Shown here: positions 57,658 to 64,000 of the stretch, in pieces
Layout of the letters: each line of letters begins with the position of its first letter
How positions within the stretch are numbered: the stretch's first letter is position 1
NCBI GenBank assembly: GCA_039937655.1
Contig: JBDTGA010000006.1
Location: 20,680-84,679 of the forward strand
Reading direction: 5' to 3'
Source of the DNA: Ginsengibacter sp.
GTDB taxonomy: Bacteria; Bacteroidota; Bacteroidia; Chitinophagales; Chitinophagaceae
DNA length: 64,000 nucleotides
The notes under the pieces: generated by a model
Seen by the model: the letters and a program-made list of their open reading frames with translations, nothing else
What the model was told of the DNA's origin: nothing
The model's database searches: none
Translations under genes and position numbers: made by a program

Positions 57658-57888
57658 TTAATTACTTATAATTTCTTCTACGATTATCTGATCCGCCTCA
57701 TCCAATCGAAGGCTCAACGAATAACCTGCCACCAACACATAAATAGGATCTCCGAGAGGAGCTTTTTTCCAAACGGTAATCTCTTCTTCGGGAAGGCAAC
57801 CCATTTCCATCAATTTCAAAATAATCTCATGATTTTCAAAAGACTTAATTTTTACTTTTGTACCGGGCTTAACTTGCGATAATTTCAT
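57658..57888 (-). CDS. feoA: FeoA-family small protein
   Basis: 76 aa with an SH3-like FeoA pattern (LSQVKPGTKVKI...LMEMGCLPEEEI). No feoB is nearby. Confidence 0.7.
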   Translation of the reverse strand: MKLSQVKPGTKVKIKSFENHEIILKLMEMGCLPEEEITVWKKAPLGDPIYVLVAGYSLSLRLDEADQIIVEEIISN

Positions 57889-57948
57889 CTGCTATAAATA
57901 TATTATTCCTTCACAACAATGAGTTGCTAAATTAGTAAAAACACAATT

Positions 57949-58368
57949 TTGGGTACAATTTCTTTCAATAACCACGACATTTCTCCTAAATTAAAGGACA
58001 AACTTCTTATAAAGAGTTTCCTGGCTTCTGTATTTGCTGAAGAAGGGTTAGAGTTTCATTCTCTTTCTTATATCTTCTGTACCGACGATTATCTACTAAA
58101 GTTAAACAAGCAATACCTTAACCACGATACGTTTACAGATATTTTAACTTTCACCCTTTCAGAAACCTCTCTTCCCCTTGTTGCTGAAATCTATATCAGT
58201 GTCGAAAGAGTAAAAGAGAATGCCAGTAAACTGAACGTCAACTACGTGGACGAGTTACACCGCGTAATGATTCATGGTATTCTTCACCTCTGTGGGTACG
58301 AAGACGGAACTCCTTTGCAAAAACAAGAAATGCGTAATATGGAGAATCACTATCTCTCTGAGTTATAA
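57949..58368 (+). CDS. ybeY: rRNA maturation endoribonuclease YbeY
   Basis: 139 aa with a TTG start and the H-x-x-x-H-x5-H motif HGILHLCGYEDG. Confidence 0.85.
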   Translation: MGTISFNNHDISPKLKDKLLIKSFLASVFAEEGLEFHSLSYIFCTDDYLLKLNKQYLNHDTFTDILTFTLSETSLPLVAEIYISVERVKENASKLNVNYVDELHRVMIHGILHLCGYEDGTPLQKQEMRNMENHYLSEL

Positions 58369-58372
58369 TCCT

Positions 58373-58388
58373 TGTTTCACGTGAAACA
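58373..58388. repeat. Perfect 16-bp palindrome TGTTTCACGTGAAACA
   Basis: Read directly from the sequence. It begins 5 nt after the ybeY stop codon. Confidence 0.95.
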
Positions 58389-58430
58389 TTCCGTGAGCAT
58401 TACAACAAAACACCTCCTGCATTACCCCAG

Positions 58431-58452
58431 ATATGTTTCACGTGAAACATAT
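58431..58452. repeat. Perfect 22-bp palindrome ATATGTTTCACGTGAAACATAT, with the same 16-bp core as 58373-58388
   Basis: Read directly from the sequence. Its centre is 61 bp from the first copy and about 50 bp upstream of the mnmG ATG. Confidence 0.95.
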
Positions 58453-58491
58453 TCTTCAGCCATAAATTTTCAATTTCGGTATTTTTGCAAA

Positions 58492-60354
58492 ATGTTTTCA
58501 GAATACGACGTAATAGTAGTGGGGGCCGGACATGCCGGTTGCGAAGCAGCAGCAGCGGCTGCTAATCTTGGTAGCAAAACCCTTTTAATAACCATGAATA
58601 TGCAGAATATGGCTCAAATGAGTTGTAATCCTGCTATGGGGGGAATTGCAAAGGGCCAAATAGTAAGAGAAATAGATGCTTTGGGTGGCTATTCGGGAAT
58701 TGTTACCGATGAAACCATGATTCAATTCAGGATGTTAAACAAAAGTAAAGGCCCAGCTATGTGGAGCCCAAGATCACAAAGCGATCGAATGCTATTCTCA
58801 TGGAAATGGCGATTAATGCTTGAAAATACTCCAAACTTAGATTTTTATCAGGATTCGGTAATAGGACTTACCAAAAAGGACGATCTCATAACAGGGGTCA
58901 AAACAGCGATGGGCCACACCATCCTTTCTAAATCAGTGGTATTAACAAATGGAACTTTCCTAAATGGCATTATTCACATCGGTAAAAAGCAATCAATAGG
59001 AGGTAGAATAGCGGAGAAAGCTTCTACCGGCATTACCGAACAATTGGTAGAGTGGGGTTTTGAAAGTAACAGGTTAAAAACGGGGACCCCCGCCCGGGTA
59101 GATGGGCGCTCTCTTGATTACTCTAAAATGGAAGAACAAAAGGGTGACGAAGAAATCACCGGTTTTTCATTCCTGGATACGAAAAAGCCCATTAAGCAAA
59201 AAAGTTGCTGGATCACCTATACAAATAAAGAGGTTCATGAAATTTTGAGAACCGGGTTTGCTGATAGCCCTATGTTTCAGGGAAGAATAAAAGGAATCGG
59301 GCCGAGATACTGCCCAAGTATAGAAGATAAAATAAACAGATTTGCCGGAAGAGAAAGGCACCAACTCTTTATAGAACCAGAAGGATGGGAAACTGTAGAA
59401 GTCTATGTAAATGGCTTTTCTTCCTCTTTGGCCGAAGAGATCCAATATAAAGCACTTAAAAAGATTCCTGGCTTCGAGAATTGTAAGATGTTCCGCCCGG
59501 GTTATGCCATAGAATATGATTATTTTCCTCCTACACAGTTGAAATTTAGCCTTGAAACAAAATTAGTAAAAAACTTGTTTTTTGCGGGGCAGATCAACGG
59601 TACTACCGGATATGAAGAAGCGGCGTGTCAGGGAATTATCGCAGGAATTAATGCCCATTTGAATATTGCACAGCAACAACCTTTTGTGCTAAAGAGAAAC
59701 GAGGCTTACATTGGTGTACTCATTGATGACTTGATCAATAAAGGAACCGAGGAACCATACAGAATGTTTACCAGTAGGGCAGAATACAGAACTTTACTGA
59801 GGCAGGATAATGCCGACATTCGCCTTACTGAGAAGAGCTACAGAATAGGCCTCGCCTCACAGGAAAGAATGGAGAAAGTGTTGGAGAAGAAAAAGGAGAT
59901 CAGCCAGATCATCCAAAAATTACACGAAATAAAATTGGACCCACACGAAATAAATCATTTCCTTTCAGAAAATTCATCAACACCTGTTTCTCAAAAAATG
60001 AGGGCTTCGCAAATTCTCTTACGTCCCGGCATTAATATGGAAAATATGGTGAAATCTATTTCATCCATCGAAAAGAGTATTGGGTGTTTTTCAAAAGAAG
60101 CACTCCAACAGGCAGAGATTCAGTTAAAATACGAAGTCTATATTCAGAAAGAACAGGAGATGGTAACCAAAATGAGTGCACTTGAAAACCAGATTATTCC
60201 TGACAACTTCAACTACGAAAATATTTCTTCTATCTCCAATGAAGCACGGCAAAAGTTTAAAAAGATACGTCCGCAAACCCTGGGACAGGCCAGCAGAATC
60301 AGTGGTGTAAACCCAAGTGACGTACAAATCCTGATGGTTTATATGGGAAGATAA
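58492..60354 (+). CDS. mnmG: tRNA uridine-5-carboxymethylaminomethyl modification enzyme MnmG (GidA)
   Basis: The start was taken at MFSEYDVIVVGAGHAGCEAA (FAD motif). The 40 upstream codons of the track ORF cover the palindromes and are not GidA-like. A TATTTTTG -7 box at 58480-58487 implies a very short or absent leader. Confidence 0.9.
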   Translation: MFSEYDVIVVGAGHAGCEAAAAAANLGSKTLLITMNMQNMAQMSCNPAMGGIAKGQIVREIDALGGYSGIVTDETMIQFRMLNKSKGPAMWSPRSQSDRMLFSWKWRLMLENTPNLDFYQDSVIGLTKKDDLITGVKTAMGHTILSKSVVLTNGTFLNGIIHIGKKQSIGGRIAEKASTGITEQLVEWGFESNRLKTGTPARVDGRSLDYSKMEEQKGDEEITGFSFLDTKKPIKQKSCWITYTNKEVHEILRTGFADSPMFQGRIKGIGPRYCPSIEDKINRFAGRERHQLFIEPEGWETVEVYVNGFSSSLAEEIQYKALKKIPGFENCKMFRPGYAIEYDYFPPTQLKFSLETKLVKNLFFAGQINGTTGYEEAACQGIIAGINAHLNIAQQQPFVLKRNEAYIGVLIDDLINKGTEEPYRMFTSRAEYRTLLRQDNADIRLTEKSYRIGLASQERMEKVLEKKKEISQIIQKLHEIKLDPHEINHFLSENSSTPVSQKMRASQILLRPGINMENMVKSISSIEKSIGCFSKEALQQAEIQLKYEVYIQKEQEMVTKMSALENQIIPDNFNYENISSISNEARQKFKKIRPQTLGQASRISGVNPSDVQILMVYMGR

Positions 60355-60388
60355 TTTCGTCTATGCATAACTGTTATATACTATAAAA

Positions 60389-60904
60389 ATGAAATTGAAT
60401 TTATCCATTGACTTAGAAAAGAAAGGAGTCTTTGAAGAAGTGAAACGCTTTCTTGATGAGGACCGCTTTAGAATCATCAACCAGGACGACAACCGCCCCT
60501 GGGGAGGGTTCTACGTGATTGATGAAAGTCAGTCACAGAAATTTATTGATCATTTTTTCAGCGATGTACCCGATTCTGAAAAAAGAAGTACCGGAAAAAT
60601 AAGTCCCAAAATATTAATTGTAGAAAAGGGAAAAAGGCTTAGCTGGCAATACCATCATCGCCGCGCGGAACTCTGGAAAGTCATTGCGGGAGAGGTGGGG
60701 GTAATTACAAGTGATACCGACAAAGAAAAAGAGATCCAATTAAAAAAGGAAGGCGATATAATCACGTTAAAACAAGGAGAACGTCATAGGTTGGTGGGTC
60801 TCAAAAGCTGGGGTATAATAGCCGAAATTTGGAAGCATACCGATAAAAATCAACCGAGCGATGAGCACGATATTGTGAGGGTACAGGATGATTTTGGAAG
60901 GTAA
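60389..60904 (+). CDS. Cupin-domain protein resembling the C-terminal cupin of type II phosphomannose isomerase
   Basis: 171 aa with the motifs RPWGGFYVI, SWQYHHRRAELW and GERHRL. Confidence 0.7.
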   Translation: MKLNLSIDLEKKGVFEEVKRFLDEDRFRIINQDDNRPWGGFYVIDESQSQKFIDHFFSDVPDSEKRSTGKISPKILIVEKGKRLSWQYHHRRAELWKVIAGEVGVITSDTDKEKEIQLKKEGDIITLKQGERHRLVGLKSWGIIAEIWKHTDKNQPSDEHDIVRVQDDFGR

Positions 60905-60951
60905 TTTTCGTAAATACCTATTTTACTTTTACACATTACCCCCTCAGATAA

Positions 60952-60982
60952 AAATTAAAAAAAACCCCAATTAAGGGGTTTT
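60952..60982 (-). terminator. Rho-independent terminator after tRNA-Phe, potentially bidirectional for the cupin gene
   Basis: AAAACCCC AATTA AGGGGTTTT hairpin; on the minus strand it is followed by a run of 8 or more U. Confidence 0.7.
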
Positions 60983-60983
60983 G

Positions 60984-61056
60984 TGGTGTGGGGCGGGATT
61001 GAACCGCCGACACAAGGATTTTCAGTCCTTTGCTCTACCAACTGAGCTACCGCACC
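60984..61056 (-). tRNA. tRNA-Phe (anticodon GAA)
   Basis: Hand-folded reverse complement: GGTGCGG TA GCTC AGTTGGTA GAGC A AAGGA CTGAAAA TCCTT GTGTC GGCGG TTCAATC CCGCC CCACACC A. All arms are canonical except a C5-A68 mismatch. CCA is not encoded. Confidence 0.9.
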
Positions 61057-61067
61057 ATATCTTTAAA

Positions 61068-61125
61068 TCCTCATTCTACTCTTTTGCTCTACCATCCCGA
61101 TGACTATCAGCAGAACTACCGCCCC
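61068..61125 (-). pseudogene. Decayed 5'-half tRNA-Phe-like fragment inside the tRNA-Phe leader
   Basis: The reverse complement GGGGCGG TA GTTC [23-nt loop] GAGC A AAAGA GTAGAAT GAGGA parallels the acceptor, D arm and anticodon-arm start of the adjacent tRNA-Phe. There is no T arm and no pairing anticodon stem. Confidence 0.5.
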
Positions 61126-61203
61126 AATTTTCATTTCCTATTCTAACCTTTTGGTTTACCATAAAGGCAAATATCGGTACAGCACCCTAACCTTCAAGGC
61201 GTG

Positions 61204-61211
61204 CAAAAATA
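61204..61211 (-). promoter_or_regulatory. -7 box (TATTTTTG on the minus strand) for the tRNA-Phe transcription unit
   Basis: Plus-strand CAAAAATA at 61204-61211 is an exact TAnnTTTG match on the minus strand, about 150 nt upstream of the mature tRNA 5' end. Confidence 0.4.
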
Positions 61212-61250
61212 GAATTATTCATCTAAAATAAAAATTCATTTTTTAGTAGT

Positions 61251-63527
61251 CTAATTACCGTACTCGCAAAGGAATTTAATACGCATAATTTTTAATTGTT
61301 CAAGAGAATAGTTCCCATCAGAAAGCTCCTCGCGGGCAATCTCAAGGCTAGAGGTCTGGCAACCTTTAAAATAATCTATGATTTCGTCTCTTTCATATTC
61401 TTCCATAATATCATCAATGGCATAGTCAAGATTGAGCTTTGTACCGCTTGCCACAATGGTCTCCATCTCCTCAAGCAGCTCCTCAAGTTTGAGGGTTCTG
61501 TTCTTCGCTATGGTTTCCAATGGCATCTTTTTATCAACATTCTGAATGATAAAAATCTTATTGCTGTTTTTATTTACCACACTTTTCATCACAAAGTCAT
61601 CCGGCTTTTCAATGTTATTCTCTTCCACATATTTTTCAATAAGACTTACAAAAGATCTCCCGAATTTCATTGCCTTTCCAACACTAACACCCTGGCATTT
61701 TTCCAGTTCCTTTAATGTAGTAGGATACAAGGTTGCCATATCCATCAGGCTGTTTTCAAGAAAGACCACAAATGGCGGAAGATTTTTCTTTTTCGCTTCC
61801 TGCTGGCGCAAGTCTTTTAATAATTCAAAAAGTTTCTGATCTGCCGCCACCCCCTCCGCATCATCAGATACATTATCATCCTCATCACCATCTGTCTCAT
61901 AAACATGATTTAATGCAATCTTGAATGACACAGGCTTTTTCATAAAAGCTTCTCCGCTCTTTGTTATCTTTAAAACACCGTAATCTTCAATATCTTTTTG
62001 AATGAAGTTTTCAAGAATCATTTGCCGTATTAATGAATTCCAAAAAAGTTCATCTTTTCCTTTTCCTGACCCAAACTCGGGCCTTTCTTCGTGACGGTAC
62101 ATCTTTATCTGAGGGTTCAATTTACCCATAATGACCGGAATCATATATGTGATTGGAAATCTTTCTTCCAGAGCCCGCACGGCTTTCAGAGCGATCAACG
62201 CTTCCTGTTTTGCTTCGATATGCTCCTTAGGATTTTTACAATTATCACATTTGCCACCACAATTATCTTCAGTATATATTTCGCCAAAATAATTTAAGAG
62301 CATCTTCCTTCTGCAAACCGCACTTTCAGAATAGGCAACCGTTTCGTTAATTAACTGTGCACCAATTTCTCTTTCACTTAATGATTTATCTCTCATCAAA
62401 TGTTCAAGTTTTGCCACATCTTTATGAGAGTAATAAAGTAAGCACTTTCCTTCCAATCCATCTCTCCCTGCCCTTCCGGTTTCCTGGTAATAATTTTCTA
62501 TAGATTTCGGAATGTTATAATGAATCACAAATCGTATATCCGGTTTATCTATACCCATTCCAAAGGCAATTGTGGCAACGATTACCTGTATCTCCTCTCC
62601 GAGAAACTGATCCTGTCTTCTTGCCCTCACTTTCGTATCTAGCCCAGCATGATAGGCAACCGCTTTAATACCATTTGCCATCAAGGTCTGCGCAAGTTCT
62701 TCAGTCGTTTTCCGGTTAAGGGTATAAATGATCCCACTCTTTCCCTTATTATGAGAAATAAATTTTACAATGCTTTTAATGGCCTGTTCTTTCTTCTCTT
62801 TAGGTATTACTTCATAATATAAATTAGGGCGATTAAATGAAGAAATAAATATTTTGGGATCCCGTAAACCAAGATTTTTTAAAATATCACTTTGTACTTT
62901 AGGGGTAGCTGTAGCTGTTAGTGCAATTACGGGAATTTTGTCATCTATTATATCCATAATTTCGCGAAGGCGGCGATATTCTGGTCTGAAATCGTGCCCC
63001 CACTCACTAATACAATGGGCTTCATCCACAGCAAAAAAGGAAATCTTTAAATCTTTAAAGAAATCTACGTTTTCATCTTTTGTCAACGTTTCAGGTGCTA
63101 CATAAAGAAGTTTGGTAGCTCCCGAAAGGAGATCTTCCTTTACCACTTTTTGCTGTCCCTTGTTTAAGGAACTGTTCAGGAAATGAGCAATATTATCTGT
63201 ACTACTGTATCCCCTTACAAGATCTACCTGATTTTTCATCAACGCAATCAGGGGCGATACAATAATTGCACATCCTTCACTGATAATGGCGGGTAACTGA
63301 TAGCAAAGGCTCTTACCTCCACCCGTAGGCATTATTACGAAAGTATCCCTTCCAGAAAGAAGGTTGTTAATGATTTCTTCCTGAGGATTTTTAAAAGATT
63401 TAAATCCAAAATATTTTTGAAGTTGCTGTTTAAGAATTTTATTTGTTTCTGATTTTTCCGTTATAGTCTTATCGGAAGATTGGACAGGTGTTTCTTTGGT
63501 AGTTTTTTTCTTTTTTGTTGTTGGCAT
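61251..63527 (-). CDS. recQ: ATP-dependent DNA helicase RecQ
   Basis: 758 aa. It has the helicase motifs TGGGKS and DEAH (VDEAHCISEWGHDFRPEY), the RecQ-Ct Zn-binding Cys cluster and a C-terminal HRDC-like region. Confidence 0.9.
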   Translation of the reverse strand: MPTTKKKKTTKETPVQSSDKTITEKSETNKILKQQLQKYFGFKSFKNPQEEIINNLLSGRDTFVIMPTGGGKSLCYQLPAIISEGCAIIVSPLIALMKNQVDLVRGYSSTDNIAHFLNSSLNKGQQKVVKEDLLSGATKLLYVAPETLTKDENVDFFKDLKISFFAVDEAHCISEWGHDFRPEYRRLREIMDIIDDKIPVIALTATATPKVQSDILKNLGLRDPKIFISSFNRPNLYYEVIPKEKKEQAIKSIVKFISHNKGKSGIIYTLNRKTTEELAQTLMANGIKAVAYHAGLDTKVRARRQDQFLGEEIQVIVATIAFGMGIDKPDIRFVIHYNIPKSIENYYQETGRAGRDGLEGKCLLYYSHKDVAKLEHLMRDKSLSEREIGAQLINETVAYSESAVCRRKMLLNYFGEIYTEDNCGGKCDNCKNPKEHIEAKQEALIALKAVRALEERFPITYMIPVIMGKLNPQIKMYRHEERPEFGSGKGKDELFWNSLIRQMILENFIQKDIEDYGVLKITKSGEAFMKKPVSFKIALNHVYETDGDEDDNVSDDAEGVAADQKLFELLKDLRQQEAKKKNLPPFVVFLENSLMDMATLYPTTLKELEKCQGVSVGKAMKFGRSFVSLIEKYVEENNIEKPDDFVMKSVVNKNSNKIFIIQNVDKKMPLETIAKNRTLKLEELLEEMETIVASGTKLNLDYAIDDIMEEYERDEIIDYFKGCQTSSLEIAREELSDGNYSLEQLKIMRIKFLCEYGN

Positions 63528-63761
63528 GGTTTTTCTTTTCTACTCTGCGGTACTGTTTAAGTGTTCCAAAGTTAATTATTGCAATCAAAAGTCAAGGTTA
63601 AATAAATTCAACACCTGTATTTCTATCTATTTTCTTTAGGACATTGACTTTGTTAAGGTACGAAATTTATGGTTACAAAATAAAAACCTTAGTTTGTTCG
63701 TCCGTTCATTTGAAGTAGGTTTGTATCATTTTAATGCTATTTATGTTTTTTTACGTAATAA

Positions 63762-64000
63762 ATGGAAGACAAAATAATCAATACCGCTAAGCATCTTATC
63801 CTATCGGAATCTCGTTCTGTTGCCGCTCTCGTTGATTTTATAAACGCTGATTTTGTAAAAACCATCACACTAATTAACTCCACCAGAGGAAGGCTTGTTA
63901 TCAGCGGAATCGGGAAGAGTGCAATCGTCGCACAAAAAATAGTGGCCTCTCTCAACAGTACCGGAACCCCCTCACTTTTTCTTCATGCTGCGGACGCTAT
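63762..64000 (+). CDS. kdsD: KpsF/GutQ-family arabinose-5-phosphate isomerase (SIS domain), N-terminal part; runs off the window end
   Basis: My own translation is MEDKIINTAKHLILSESRSVAALVDFINADFVKTITLINSTRGRLVISGIGKSAIVAQKIVASLNSTGTPSLFLHAADA. It contains the SIS motif GIGKS. Confidence 0.8.
   Translation, partial: MEDKIINTAKHLILSESRSVAALVDFINADFVKTITLINSTRGRLVISGIGKSAIVAQKIVASLNSTGTPSLFLHAADA

Noticed and set aside
58372-58491. The N-terminal 40-codon extension of the mnmG ORF (MFHVKHSVSITTKH...).
   Set aside because: It has no GidA similarity. The conserved FAD-binding N-terminus starts at the internal Met (58492). The extension is created by reading through the two palindromes and the promoter.

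Overview
This 64 kb window is low-GC DNA that reads as ordinary core chromosome of a Bacteroidota bacterium (Chitinophagia/Sphingobacteriia-like). The taxon call is an inference from protein sequences and from repeated TAnnTTTG -7 promoter boxes. It is densely packed, with about 60 CDS, almost all housekeeping. These include paaA/paaE, orphan korB, metF, rlmD, an F-type ATP synthase block (atpB-E-F-H-A), mutL, mlaFED, msrB, adk, tandem M14 and S9 peptidases, and obg. They also include a lipid kinase, a patatin-like lipase, ctaA, rnhB, tsaC, rnc-gpsA, gpx, holB-ricT, nadD, ybeY-mnmG, recQ and the start of kdsD. There is one canonical tRNA (Phe-GAA). I found no transposase, integrase, CRISPR array, phage genes or recognisable defence genes, so I see no protein-coding novel system. 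The unusual signals are all non-coding. (1) At 7381-7552 there is a promoter- and terminator-bounded gene that folds as a complete tRNA-Asp-like cloverleaf but carries a ~100-nt structured insertion where the variable arm belongs. (2) At 52158-52656 a ~480-500 bp ORF-less locus sits between convergent genes. It is closed by a 16-bp long-range helix and contains GC-rich hairpins, so it is a candidate large structured RNA or a MITE. (3) A cUUCGg-capped hairpin plus a triplicated 12-13-mer lies between tsaC and a PfkB kinase gene. (4) Twin perfect palindromes lie upstream of mnmG. (5) A decayed half-tRNA sits in the leader of tRNA-Phe. (6) A frameshifted S9 peptidase remnant lies upstream of the atp operon. 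All functional calls rest on my own reading of the translations and on motif recall. No database search was run.
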